From the NCBI GenBank assembly GCA_905178155.1, contig CAJINV010000003.1, forward strand, positions 9,555,979 to 9,619,978: a DNA stretch of 64,000 bases, read 5' to 3'. The notes under the pieces were generated by a model. It worked only from the letters and a program-made list of their open reading frames with translations. It did no database searches and was not told the origin of the DNA. Each line of letters starts with the position of its first letter. Position 1 is the stretch's first letter. Origin of the DNA: Amoebophrya sp. A120 (taxonomy: Eukaryota; Protista; Dinoflagellata). Positions 48,601 to 58,291 of the stretch are shown in pieces. A program made the position numbers and the translations under genes.

Positions 48601-48804
48601 CGCTGCGGCGAGCCTTTCTCCTACTCGTGCAGCGCGATCATCTCGCTTGCTGTAAAGAGTTCTAGGCAATGCGTCCCCGCTCTCCGGAGGAGATGCCGAA
48701 GGCTGCTGGTGATAACTCGAGGCCTCCGCTGTGTCTGCACAAGCAGCAAAAACAGCAAAGAGTGTCACCAGAGCCGGCGCGGTGGTTGATTTCCACAGCG
48801 ACAT
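9148..48804 (-). CDS. Giant multi-exon gene (gene-level span): secreted/membrane protein with cadherin-like repeats, ~8 TM segments, C2, EF-hand-like, MORN repeats
   Basis: Long, compositionally balanced minus-strand ORFs (48169, 42679, 31876, 30219, 28649, 26146, 22469, 19384, 14482, 9148) can be joined in frame at most junctions. The joins restore split domains: C2 across 22222-22477, MORN across 17493-19388, cadherin-like across 44022-48173. The 42796-to-35700 link is unresolved, so two genes cannot be excluded. Confidence 0.7.
10870..10960 (+). repeat. 30-nt minisatellite x3
   Basis: TGGAATCAA at 10884, 10914 and 10944. Confidence 0.85.
11028..12193. mobile_element. Non-autonomous TIR element with 3-bp TSD GGT
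   Basis: About 50-nt imperfect TIR CGTTAGCAT..AGAAG.GGTGAATTTG.AGTGAATTT. GGT at 11025-11027 and 12194-12196. Confidence 0.85.
13934..14837. mobile_element. TIR element, TGGTAACC family, copy 1
   Basis: TGGTAACCAAAAGCGTGCG ... CGCACGCTTTGGTTACCA. Body homologous to 27577-28543. Confidence 0.85.
14932..17492 (-). CDS. Exon: MORN repeats (about 10) with PDZ-like insertion
   Basis: Repeated Y.G.[WF]..[DG]..[HN]G.G motifs. Canonical donor ATG|GTAATT at 14931. Confidence 0.9.
17493..19388 (-). mobile_element. Introner-like non-canonical intron (1896 nt)
   Basis: Direct repeat TTATTG at both junctions and inverted repeat TAATCYTTGAAA (17498-17509 / 19375-19386). Removal restores GYGKLY|WEQ in frame. 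No AG is available at the 3' end. Confidence 0.85.
19389..22221 (-). CDS. Exon: C2 domain second half, coiled coil, EF-hand-like loop, first MORN repeats
   Basis: WNQEIAF...ITFSVWDADPGGMDDFIG (C2), FKQMDAQESGGISRAEM (EF-hand-like), YVGGFQQHMPHGHG and YAGDWADGKRCGYG (MORN). Confidence 0.9.
22222..22477 (-). mobile_element. Introner-like GA-AG intron (256 nt)
   Basis: 28-nt inverted repeat CTATGARAGKGCACAASTMCCCCTCCCC (4 mismatches) and direct repeat GAT. Removal gives HEAE|DPTLSF in frame inside the C2 domain. Confidence 0.9.
22478..24125 (-). CDS. Exon with 4 TM segments and first half of C2 domain
   Basis: ORF 22469-24016, frame open to 24127. Hydrophobic helices include FSTLVSIGVLAA, IQASVFFGMKLFVLV, VFVWFMQSVTLAFLTFGM and LTALFCVLVTSGTMITM. 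Confidence 0.85.
25602..25794 (-). CDS. Two small exons (25714-25794 and 25602-25633) split by an 80-nt GT-AG intron
   Basis: In-frame join VLLTDEEMTSAERDLLDYALMYHNGHA|LGAGRRIAAIR|RALCQSDAKK. Confidence 0.5.
26161..26957 (-). CDS. Exon, cytoplasmic/loop region with coiled coil
   Basis: ORF 26146-26979 (277 aa) with natural protein composition. Boundaries tentative. Confidence 0.8.
27577..28543. mobile_element. TIR element, TGGTAACC family, copy 2, TSD AAT
   Basis: Right end CTTGCGAGCGCTTGCGCACGCCTTGGCTACCA and CTCCCATATGGCAA are shared with copy 1. AAT|TGGTAAC ... CCA|AAT. Confidence 0.75.
28699..29248 (-). CDS. Exon, charged/coiled-coil loop
   Basis: ORF 28649-29260, E/K-rich. The 3' boundary is tentative (G|GTCAGG). 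Confidence 0.75.
30090..30165 (-). CDS. Small exon (REKCCEHLLYDIAVVLNQRDSSSLG)
   Basis: Follows a 69-nt GT-AG intron (30166-30234) in frame, and joins in frame to ILLCTMEKTK at 29248. Confidence 0.55.
30235..30681 (-). CDS. Exon with TM helix
   Basis: ORF 30219-30653 with YLVKFACLLGLIGYPVGFLCFVVYMMVWL. Acceptor TTAG at 30682, donor GTGCGT at 30234. Confidence 0.75.
30682..32020 (-). mobile_element. Introner-like intron (1339 nt)
   Basis: Inverted repeat AAGTGCGTGC..GTTGGT at both ends, flanking TCCGG direct repeat, in-frame GT-AG candidate. Confidence 0.7.
32021..33702 (-). CDS. Exon with first TM segments (TRP/FLC-like membrane-domain start)
   Basis: ORF 31876-33648, frame open to about 33702. 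Contains TATTVAVVMSVASAGNLMALAKQIQFMDL...CPKVYADFTKSISGFNF and hydrophobic helices VAGNLIVICILMITGFAFYWTYFFLVY and GPLWIFLLDYGL. Confidence 0.75.
34330..34512 (-). CDS. Probable short exon (VAVSCEHDIF...ASAEINK)
   Basis: 3' part of ORF 34319-34648. It can join in frame via an AAT repeat to IVATGLGKTENRVRGLVG upstream of ORF 31876. Confidence 0.45.
36668..37095 (+). repeat. (AAAAGCT/AAAAGC/AAAAGT)n microsatellite, 3' flank of LINE
   Basis: Directly visible mixed 6-7 nt units. Confidence 0.95.
37145..38350 (-). pseudogene. C-terminal Zn-finger segment of LINE ORF
   Basis: CPWC..H..H, CKSCELMF...MEKHAEDH (C2H2) and CPHC...H..C. Stop at 37145. Confidence 0.75.
38398..40260 (-). pseudogene. Reverse transcriptase segment of LINE ORF
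   Basis: FADD catalytic motif and VDLGKAF. Internal compensating frameshifts at about 39790 and 39640-39680. Confidence 0.9.
40533..41729 (-). pseudogene. APE endonuclease segment of LINE ORF
   Basis: Exo/endo/phosphatase motifs. A frameshift near 40625 moves the SDKLDH motif to ORF 40432-40635. Confidence 0.85.
41831..42165 (+). repeat. (AAAAGT AAAAGCG)n then degenerate AAAAGCT array, 5' flank of LINE
   Basis: Six perfect 13-nt units next to the element, decaying outward. Confidence 0.95.
42333..42513. repeat. Tandem units containing a 38-bp perfect palindrome
   Basis: CCCGCCATCAGTTCGCTAT|ATAGCGAACTGATGGCGGG at 42452-42489, an imperfect copy at 42386-42425, and spacer CCCGA.GTCCGACC x3. 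Confidence 0.9.
42796..44021 (-). CDS. Exon with three cadherin-like beta-sandwich repeats (PF12733-like)
   Basis: Three L..L.V/I....L.P.F.P....Y repeats: AVLESVAI..LRPAFDPAIKKY, LHLSSLKVSGHILSPKFSPLVREY, AALTML..MDPPFDPDVTDY. Candidate donor GTGCGT at 42795. Confidence 0.8.
45895..46231 (+). repeat. Diverged copy of the 2705-3050 repeat, ending in a TIR-like CTACGGTTGTCA
   Basis: Colinear similarity by eye over about 320 nt. Confidence 0.7.
48174..48804 (-). CDS. First exon: signal peptide + first cadherin-like beta-sandwich repeat
   Basis: ATG at 48804 gives MSLWKSTTAPALVTLFAVFAACADTAEA (signal-peptide-like). ASAVLKKLLL...SFYPDGTFYVVEC resembles the repeat starts in the 42796-44021 exon. 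Confidence 0.65.
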
Positions 48805-49658
48805 TCCTCCGCTCGACGCAGCAAACAACAGCTGGTGCTGGCGTGCGCGAATCCTACTTCTTACGCATGTGCGACCATCTTTCTTCACCTGATGACCTGC
48901 ATCTGTTCGACTCCGACCCTCAGGCTGTAACTTCTACCCCAGATCGGCCCCTTTCTACTCGTCCCTTGCATTCCTGGACCCTCATTCTCGTTGCTTGAGC
49001 AGCAGCTTGCTGCACTTGCGAAAATGCAGCAGCGGCAGCGATCCCGCTGCTGCTGCTCTGGTCTTTTTTCAGCTATGATGTGGCGCTGCCTGGTGCGTCA
49101 CAAGTCTGTCCCAAATCCCAAAAGCAACTTCCTGTCCAAGGATCATCTGTCGGTCGCTGCGCTCCTCCGGAATGCGCACTCACATCGACTCGCTGCTAGC
49201 ACTGCTTGCGTGTCAAAAAGCGCACTAGATATGAGACTGACAGCACAATGCGACCAGATCCGGAACCAGATGAGCTGCAACGCATTATAACTTTAGAATC
49301 AAGTAAGTCGCATGTATGTTCCGAAACTCAAGGCATTGAAATATAAACGCTGCAGGCTCATCGCCATCTCGGAGGCGGAAAGTCAGCTCCTGGCCATGAT
49401 CTCGCTCCGGCTCTCTCCGCTCCCGCTGTTATTGTTTCTGTTTCTCTATGGACATATACACAAATACGAACGATCCTCAGAATCAGAAAAACCGCCGCGC
49501 CAATGCTTGGCGCATGCCGCTCCAAGTCATACCGGTTTACTCGCGTAGGGCTACATTCCATACTACTTAGCCCTGGCTTTCGGCTGCCCCACGCCCTGCG
49601 TCGAAAAGGCCGAGCGCTCTTATAATGGCCGCGCCCGGACGCGGACGGAGAAAGATGC

Positions 49659-51484
49659 TGGCAACCAAAAGCGTCCGAACCACCGGCCCGAGCCGGCGCG
49701 AAGGGCGCCGCGCATCCATCCCTTAGCCCCTTGGCCAGAGGGTGCTAAGCGGGGGCTGCGCCCTTATCCCCTAATTTCTGGCTAATAGAGAAGTCGAAAA
49801 TCGGGCAGGAGAGAAGCACCTCCGCAAGCAGGCTACGGAGGTGGTGCGCCTTCGTGGTTTAATCTCGAGCGCGAAGCTCTGGGTGAAGCACAATAATGTG
49901 GGCGTGCGGGCTGCTTTTCCCTTTGGCTTTGTGTTCCTTAACAGATAGGAAATACAAAGCGGACACATTCATAAAAATAACGACACTGCGCGGAGGGAGA
50001 GGCAGCCTCAGATGAGAAAGGGGGTGATCCAGTCCCGTCGCCCCTGTTCTGTCGGGGTTCGTTCTTTATACATTCGTGCTTCGTTGTTTTTATTTTGCCT
50101 GAGATTCCTATCTGGAATGCACGGTCGCAACAGCCACCACGCAAAATTCCTAATCGGCGACAAATCACAGAGATTTTTCAAGCTCTTTCTAGCCAACTGC
50201 CACACAGTCTGCGAACATTTCCTTTCGCGCTTTTTTTTTTCTGGATCTATGCGGCCGCCCAGGGCGGCCCAGAGAGTGCAAAATTTCCGCCATCAAGCGC
50301 GCCATGCCATCACCCCTTGCTCGGGCCCAGCCTTCTCCTCTTGAAAAACCAGCCGGGCCGAGCCGCGAAAGTGCTGCCCTTGGCCCTTCCCCCACTTTTG
50401 CATTGCGCCTTTTGGGAAAATGCGCTTTCTTTTCCGCGACCCAGTTTCCGGAGCCAAAAGACACCCAAAAGTGTCCGGACTGTTTTCGAGTGGTTCACGG
50501 AACTCGGGCTGCTCCGATACGACGACCGCAAAACCTTAACGCCCTATTCGCGAGCAGGGGTGGATAACTCGCAGATAGGGTTAGGCGTGCGGAGCTTTGG
50601 ATGGCCGATCGTCTTCGGCTATCCCTCGCCAGAAGCACCGCTTCTCCGCGATCGGGCAGTCATTGACTTTGCGGCAGCGCGCACGAGAAGTGGCGCTGGC
50701 AGACTTTGCACAACCATTCGGCCGCGCCCTTTGCTCACCGCCGCGTGATCTACATGCGCATGCGGCACTTGAACACGGGCCGGACTCTCGCCGAGCGTCG
50801 CGGACTCTCTCATATGTGGTAAATGGAGAAGGCTTGCCCTGGTGAGAAACGGGCAGAACTCACCCCGACCGGAACACTCTCAACTCCTGCTGCGCGATTG
50901 GGTGTGGGAGGTAGGTGGAAAGGCCACGCCCTCGCGCGGCCGGCCGCGGCTGTCGGAAGCACAACATCAACCGCGGGCAGCGGCGACAGGATTTCGGGCG
51001 CCGGGCTCGTGCCTGCGCGGCGGCCCAGAAACGCCAGCGGTGTACCGAGGCGCGCTGGCGGCGCAGTCTCAAGATACCAGAGGGTCACGCGCCACCAAGT
51101 AATGCGGCCGGGTGCGGCCCTCGCCGGCCGCTGATGTGGCGCGGCAAGGAGGCAACCGAGGGCGGTGCTCGTTCCCGGCAGGAGCCGGCTGCGACAAGCT
51201 CGGGCGCGACGAACGCAGAGGGCGGGCCAGGGCCAGTGGAGCCGCCGGCGCACTGCCTGCCGAATAGCCGGGCCCGGGGGTGCGGGCGCGGCCCGGCCGC
51301 GAGGCCAGCAGGCGCCCTCGCTCCCGTGGCTGCAACCCGCTCTGCCGGGCTGCACGCCGATGCGATTTTTTTGACTGCCCGACGCCCTGCTCCTTATTGT
51401 CTTCGCGCATTCAAGCAAACAAAGGGGCCGCACTATTCGTCCAGCCAGTGTCCGCGATGTATAACATTATGCTACTGGTGGCCA
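49659..51484. mobile_element. TIR element, TGG(C/T)AACC family, intergenic copy
   Basis: Left ~70 nt homologous to 13934-14000 (TGGCAACCAAAAGCGTCCGAACCACC...GCGAAGG..CCGCGCATCC). Right end GCTACTGGTGGCCA matches 11/14. Confidence 0.65.
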
Positions 51485-52461
51485 TGATAGAGAAGGCACA
51501 GGTAGTAAACATCATCGCGCCCAAGGGCAGCGGGCTTCCTGCATCTAAGAGCCGGACGCATTTGCTTCCCTACGCCATGGCCCCACCCGGGCCGGCTCCC
51601 CGAGCACGCCAAAACAGGCCAATAGCACGCGCCCCCGCTTTCCACTTGTATCAGACTTTGGCTTCTTGAAGTTTTAGTTTTTCACTTAAGTCCGGAAACG
51701 CGGCTGCTGGCCTGATTCCCACAGTAGAAGCGGCCGACTTTGCTTCGAGTCTTTGCAGCGCGGGAACGCAAGCTGCGGGCCTAAAAGAGCGTGGCCAACA
51801 CCATGAAGCTTGCCTATTTTTTCCGCCGGCGACTTCCTGGCGCTCCCAATTTTTCTGCACCCGAAAGCGCCAGGACCTAAGGCGAAGGGCGTCGCAGAAG
51901 GGCGCCAGCTTAGGAGGCTCCTCTGCGCTCTTCAATCGAATACCGTACCGATTCGGTGCTGCAGCAACCAGTCTCACTCAGATCAAGCTGCAATATCTTT
52001 CTGCGACAGAACACCTCCGACCGCTTCGAAACTGCCGAGCGTTTTGCGTGAGAGCTTGCAAAAATGCGGCCAGAATAGAACAATCGCCCCGGCCTCAATA
52101 TATGCAAAAGCCCTAGCGCGGCTCCGCGCTTTTTTTGGATCACTGAATTTCACTTCGCTGCAGGGCGCGTGCGACTTGCTCCGCCGCTCGTTCTGCCGCT
52201 CAAGAAAAACGCTCCATCCCGAGGCAAGCCTTCCCGCGATGCTCTAGTACATTCGCCGAGCGCCCGGATATTTAAATCCATAGGCTAGCTGCTTCCCCGT
52301 TCATTCTTTTTCCGGCGGGTCCCACTGTGAATTCCTAATGCTCGGACTTCGCTACCAGTGGCAGTGCCACAGGTAAACACAAACAAACCCATTGCTGCGG
52401 AGCTACGCTTCGCCGCCATCTTTTGCGAGTGGAAAGCGTACGCACAAGCCAGAGGATCCAT

Positions 52462-53640
52462 CTAGAGTGTCGCTCGGACTTCTGGCGGGTCCAGTCTTCG
52501 AAGGAGAACGCCGGTGCAGATTCTTGCATCAAAAAAGGACAAGGGGCTGGCGTTGACTTGCTTCAGGAGTTCAGTAGCTCCGTCACGTATAATCATCTGC
52601 AGGCAGCGTTCGCCGCTGTTGCCCTGAAACGCTACGAGCTTCGTTAGTACACAGCACGCAGCCTCGACGGCTGTTCCGTGAGTGCGCGCGGCGTTCTTCT
52701 CTTCTAGCGACGCTCCATAGGGATGCTGTACCCCAAACGAGTCACGCAAGCGAGGCGCCTGGTGTGCCGTTTTTTCGGTGCCGGCTGTCGAGGCAGCAAA
52801 CTGCACGCGCAAGGCTCGCAGAAGCACGGGCACCCCGTCTCCCTCTAAAAACGTTTCGAGGTCGCTCTCCTCTTGTATGACATTGCAAAGCACGGCACAT
52901 ACTTGCTCAAGCACACCTGAGTGCTGTCCGTGTCTCGATAGGAGTCTCGTGGCGGTTTCCAATGCTCGCTGCCTCTTCGCATCCTCTCCGCCGAGCTTGT
53001 CGTGCACTAAGTTAGCTAGCGCCATACACGCTAGCTGGCAGCTCTGAGCATCTTCGCCATAGGTTCTCAACGACTGCAAGACCAAGGCCACAGCATCTCT
53101 TTCGACCATACGGAGCCGCAATAGAGGATCCACTGCCAAGTTACTCACCGCGCCCAGTGCTTGCAATTGCACGCCTGCGTCCATGATTGAGAGGCACTGC
53201 AGCACTTGCTCTTCTGCTTGAACTGCACCAAGACGCGCGCGCGCCTCAGCAGATACCGCCAGAGAAAAAAGCGACGCGCAAGCTTGTTCGCATACGTCAG
53301 CCTCAGTCCTGGCCACGTACTCTCGCAGGCATGCTGCCACCGCCTCCAGTGCATTTGAGTTGCAAGCTATTTCTCGCAACATGTCCGCACCTGCGTACAC
53401 GGTCAGAGCCCAGCACGCTTTGCGCTGCACGTCTGCTGCTCCGATATGCTTTTCCATTGCCTGGACAATCCGCTGAATAGCCCCCAGTCGAACAAGTGCA
53501 CCCTGCCACTCCGGGAACGGTGCGAGAGTACATAAGAGCTCGCAGCCACCTTCTTGCACGCGTGACTCTCCTCCGTGCTCCCGCATGGCATTCACAACAC
53601 TCTCTGCGACATCAAGGCGGAATGGCGGAGCCCAATGCAA
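52462..53640 (-). CDS. Armadillo-repeat protein, last exon
   Basis: 410-aa ORF with ARM-type repeats (VQEGGCELLCTL, VQRKACWALTVY, VCEQACASLFSL, VQLQALGAVSNL, SCQLACMALANL). Confidence 0.85.
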   Translation of the reverse strand: MHWAPPFRLDVAESVVNAMREHGGESRVQEGGCELLCTLAPFPEWQGALVRLGAIQRIVQAMEKHIGAADVQRKACWALTVYAGADMLREIACNSNALEAVAACLREYVARTEADVCEQACASLFSLAVSAEARARLGAVQAEEQVLQCLSIMDAGVQLQALGAVSNLAVDPLLRLRMVERDAVALVLQSLRTYGEDAQSCQLACMALANLVHDKLGGEDAKRQRALETATRLLSRHGQHSGVLEQVCAVLCNVIQEESDLETFLEGDGVPVLLRALRVQFAASTAGTEKTAHQAPRLRDSFGVQHPYGASLEEKNAARTHGTAVEAACCVLTKLVAFQGNSGERCLQMIIRDGATELLKQVNASPLSFFDARICTGVLLRRLDPPEVRATL

Positions 53641-56600
53641 TATGCGAGCGCTACTTTCAAGATTATGGCCTACGCCTAGAACTACAAGCTTCAAAAGCTA
53701 CTATCCGTCTCAGCCTCGTCACACGGAGTCAGTCAAGTCATGATCTGCGCTGTGGCTCACAAACCAACTCCTCACGGGTGTGGCCCTCTGAACGTGCCAT
53801 CGGCTAACAAGCCCGGCCTCGGAGTAGAATTAGACGCAAAGCAAAAGGAACAGGTGGAAGGGGAGCGACGCATACACAAAAGATAGAAAAATCGGGGGTG
53901 ATAGAAAAAGCATAAAGATAAAAGATAGACCCCAATCGGCATTGGCGAGGCTTGACGAGTGGCACCCTGCCGCCGGTTGCTTTCTAGCAATGACGTCGTT
54001 GCTGGTTGCCTTTTTACTCTAATATGCCCGCAAGGAACTTGCTACGGAACAAAAGGCCGGAGCCCTGGCGGCACGTGAAAGACTCTGCCGATGGTGGCTC
54101 CCGAGGAAGCGGGCCAATGGCGCCGCGGGCTGCGCCCACAAACCTGCTGCACCCAGCTGGAGCTTCCTCGTCTGCACGCCGGATCCGACCGCCACCCCGC
54201 TTGGCATAGCCTTGCATGGCATGACCGGCGTTACCAGTCGCGCTCAATATATAATCCGGGCCGGCCGCCTTTCTTTGCGTCCCGGCTTTGGCTTTAATGC
54301 CTCTGCGTTCACAAAAGGGACGCCAGCAATGCAGCCGCTCGGCGCGCGCTCGCAACGCAAAAGGCCGCGGACTGCGCCGCGGGCTGTTGCACCACGCAGC
54401 AGCCCGCGCAACAAATCCCCGTAGCTTGGCTCCTGCCAAGTTGTCAATGCGCGCGAGTGCGCGGGCGCCGGGCTTTGCTGCCTGCCAATACGCCAGGCCG
54501 GCAACTAGAACTACACACGCAACAGTACAGAGCGACAACGAGCGCAGCGATTGGCTTCTGTGGCTGCCCCCGCGCCCGCCCGGGGAGCAGGCGCAGGCCA
54601 CCCTTGTGGCGGCTGCCTCCGCACCCGGGCCCATTGATTGGCCAGCGTTTTTTGTAGCTGCCCCGGCGGCTGCACCCTTTGTCGCGGTTCGCTTCCCACT
54701 CGGGGAGCAGGCATGGCACGGAAGAAGCTACGGCAGTGGTGCTGCGTTGCGCGCGCGAGACGCCGCCCCGCGGGACCACCGCCGTCGGGCTCCAAGGGGG
54801 CGGGGGCCAGGTTGCTCCGGGCGGCCCCCGAATGTCTGTGGGCGACAGTGCGCGCCACATTTCCACACACTGCGCCCTGTGCGCCTTGCGCCCAAGCTAG
54901 GGGCCGCTCGCGGTGGTTGTTGGGCCACCCGGGCCCCAGCACGGGGGGCCCGAGTTCCTGGTGTGGCCGGGCCTGCGGAGTTCATTGCGAAGCGGCTCTC
55001 CTCCCTAGCAGCCGCGACGGCCGGCGAGAAAAACAACCAGGAACGAGGCCGCGCGGGTGTCGGGAAAGGGAATACGGATGGGGGCGCCCCACGGTGAGCG
55101 CCATGGGGGTTCGCTCGAAGAAGAGCGGGGGCCGGGCCACATACGGACAGGGTTCCCAGAACAGGCGGGCGAGCGGGGCAGCATGCAATAACAATGGGCC
55201 GGCGAAAAGGGGGCCCCGGATGAGGGAGGCCGCCGAAGCGGTGAGGGAAAACGCGGGGGGCGGCCGGGCGGGCGCGATCGCATGTGTCGGGCGCCGGGTT
55301 CTTCAGGGCCGGGCCCGGCGCGGGCGGCAGAAAGAGGACTGGAGCCCTCGCCCTGCAACCGCCCGCGATGTGATGCCTGCTCTAATTCTTCTCGCGACCC
55401 TGGCTGCGAGCGCGCTGCCCCTTTTCTCGGCGTACCGGCGGCAACCAAGGGCGCAAGAGCCTTCAGACCCCGCCCGCGCTCACAGTGCCGGCCGCCAGCG
55501 CCCTTCGCAGAGCAACCCCCACGTCCGGAGCATTGCGTCCGGAAAACCGGCGGCCGGGGCGGCGCGGGCATCCTGCGCCGACCGGGCGCAGTGCACGGCG
55601 CCATTACGTGGGCGGCGGGGGGCGGCTCCCGAAGCCGCGGGCCTTTGATGCTTCATCTGCGAAGCAGTTGCGAAAGCGGGAAACCGAAGCAGCCCCCGGC
55701 TTTCACTGGAAAAGAACGAAGGCGCCCGCGGGAGTCCACCTCGAGCTCAAGAGCATGCCCCCGGTGCCAGGGCGATTGCTGCCGGCGTGCGCGCGCTGCG
55801 GTGCTCCTACCGGTTCGCCGGGTCGGCCAAGCCCGGCGCGCGAGCGCTTCGCTTCTTCGCAAATTGGGCGCCGGCGACCTCGCCGGGCCCGTGCCGTCAC
55901 CATGCTACCAGCGGTTGATAACCGATCGCGCCGCGCAGCGGGAAATACACGCGGACAACAAACGAACACCCGCACAAAAAAGCCCGAGCTGGCGGCGGCC
56001 CAAGCAAATTTGCAAAGCATTTGCAAGACTTCGCAAAAAAATCCGTGCCACTAGCTGGCACGCTGCCTGGCTCTTCATCGTCCACCGAGTGCACCCACCG
56101 TGGCCTGTGTTGCGCGCCATGGATGCGACAGGTGTTTTACTTGACGCGGCGTGGCTCTTTTTAGCTTCTAGTTCTACTGGATCTATGTCACTCCATGTGG
56201 CGCATGTCGCACGAGGTATTACAGGAGGAGCATGTGCCCATTGCTTGGGGGCGGTACCTAGCTACGCACCTTGTCATGACAGGTAAAGGATCGGCGCGCT
56301 ACGCGGTACCCGAGGTCGTTTCAGGACGCAGTCCGAGTGGCCTCGCAACAGGCACACGGGTGGGAGGGCGGGACAAATCAAAACTCTGGACTTAGAGGCG
56401 CTCTAAGCGCGAAGACATCGTGCTGACTAGATCACAATCGCTTGGGTCCGGGATCTATCAGCCCGCTCTAGCTAACTACGACACTTCAACCGCCTAGGCT
56501 AGCTCATGCTCCTGTCGTGACAATCAGTCTCCTCGGCGACTCCTAATGTCACTCCATGTGGCGCATGTCGCGCGAGGTACTACAGGAGGAGCATGCGCCC

Positions 56601-56944
56601 ATCGCTTGGGGGCGGTACCTGGCTACGCAACTTGTCATGACAGGTAAACGATCGGCGCGCTACGCGGTACCCATGCGTGAGCCCCGGACGAGAGCCCCAC
56701 ACTCACTCTTGTGGATGAACGGACGGCCGCGTGCGCGACCCACTCCTAAAATCAATGGCCATGGCGTCTGCACCTTTTCAATTTCACTTGTCCTTTTCTT
56801 AAAGGGAAGGATGGCCGAGGCTCACTCTGCGTTTGCTACGTACTCATAGATACAAACAAAAATCTCAGAAGCTTTGTTTTGCACCCAGGGCCTCGTCTGA
56901 AGCGCCTACGTTGGTTAATTTTCGATCCGTTAGACGCTCGCATA
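53641..56944 (-). mobile_element. Introner-like intron of ARM gene (~3.3 kb)
   Basis: Perfect inverted repeat TATGCGAGCG (53641-53650) / CGCTCGCATA (56935-56944) at the points where ARM-like coding sequence stops. Confidence 0.65.
56185..56672 (+). repeat. 127-bp direct repeat pair (56185-56311, 56546-56672)
   Basis: ATGTCACTCCATGTGGCGCATG...GCGCGCTACGCGGTACCC, ungapped with few substitutions. Confidence 0.95.
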
Positions 56945-57160
56945 AGCGGGCTCGAAGCACCATTTGAAAGATTTGCGAGGGCCCGACTGGCGTAGTGCCA
57001 GACCTCCTTCTTTCGCCAAGATTGCGCGCAAATCTCCATCAGATCGTCTGCGCAGCCTTCCTGGAGGCAAAACGCCAGACAGTTCTCGTCCAATACCAGG
57101 AATGCAAACACTTTGCACAGCTGCTTTGCAAGTTCGTCACTGCTATTCTTCTTGGCAGCT
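56945..57160 (-). CDS. Upstream exon of armadillo-repeat gene
   Basis: DELAKQLCKVFAFL...EVWHYASRALANLS is one more ARM repeat. 5' boundary unknown. Confidence 0.65.
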
Positions 57161-58291
57161 TTTGTAGGGAAGAAAAAGTGGCTGCGGCAGGCAAAAACGT
57201 AGCACCTCAGTGGGCATGGCAAAACTGTCGAGAGGTGTTTCTTTTCTCCCTTCTTTCGATTTTGCGCGCGGCGAATGGCTGTGGCGCGGCCGCCTCCCGC
57301 TGCGGCCATCTTCCGGGCTGTCGAGTACCTCTGGCACTGGTTAGGAAAAGTCCGCCGTGGTGGTGATACACACCTAATCCCGTAACTCGACCCCGTCCGA
57401 GTTCCCCGGCGTGGGTTGTTGCCTGTACTGTGCCAACCCAAACCATCAAGCGGGGGCAGCGAAAAAGAATGGCGCGCGCGCTCCGTAGGTAAGGTGGGCT
57501 GCAGAACTCCTCTCGCATACTGCACAACAATCCTACGAGGCGGCAGCATCTGCAGCAGTGTGGAACACTTCTGCGCACCAGATGACGTTTTGCCGCCCGC
57601 TTTAGCAGTAACCACCCACCCAGTGGAAGTTTGCCCGCTTGCCTTTGGCGCCTCCTCTTGCCGCAAGTATGCAAGGACCATCACCGCTACGGTCCCATCC
57701 GTGGCGCTCGTCCCACCCTCCGCCCAGCCAGCGGGAAACCCCGTCGCCCCCGGCGGCCGCCATGTGCCGAACAGGGGGCTCCGGAACAACCGGCCGAAAC
57801 CTGCCCGCAGAACCCGCCGAGGGCCGCGCCGGTATACGAGGCCCGCCAAGTAGCGCCGCGCCCCGCCGGTCGAAGCTGTTCGCGCGGTGCGTGACCAGCC
57901 TGGCTGCGCCGGGAGGCTGGCCGGGGCGTTTGTTTTCTTTATTTTCTTCCCTGCCGCGGCTGGGCCCTAGCTATCTAGGCTATAGCGCGGCGCTTCTATG
58001 CTTGAGAGCCTTCCTCCTCTGCGACTTTAGCGCCTGGGCTCTGTGCTTCTTTTCGCGATTTCCCCGCCCCCCTGTCTTTCTCCCGGCGCGCTTCTTTTTT
58101 CCCTGGTTGCACGGCTAGCCACGGTGTCCGTGCTGCCTTTTTCTTGCTTTTTTCCGCGGCCTTTTTCTCGCGGCCCCCAGTAGCCTTGCAGTGGAGCGGT
58201 GTAGTCCATGACGATGCCCACTGTGGTTGTATTTGCAAACGAGACGCCGGCGTCCCAATCTACGCGCCACCATTTTCCGCTGGCCGAACGG

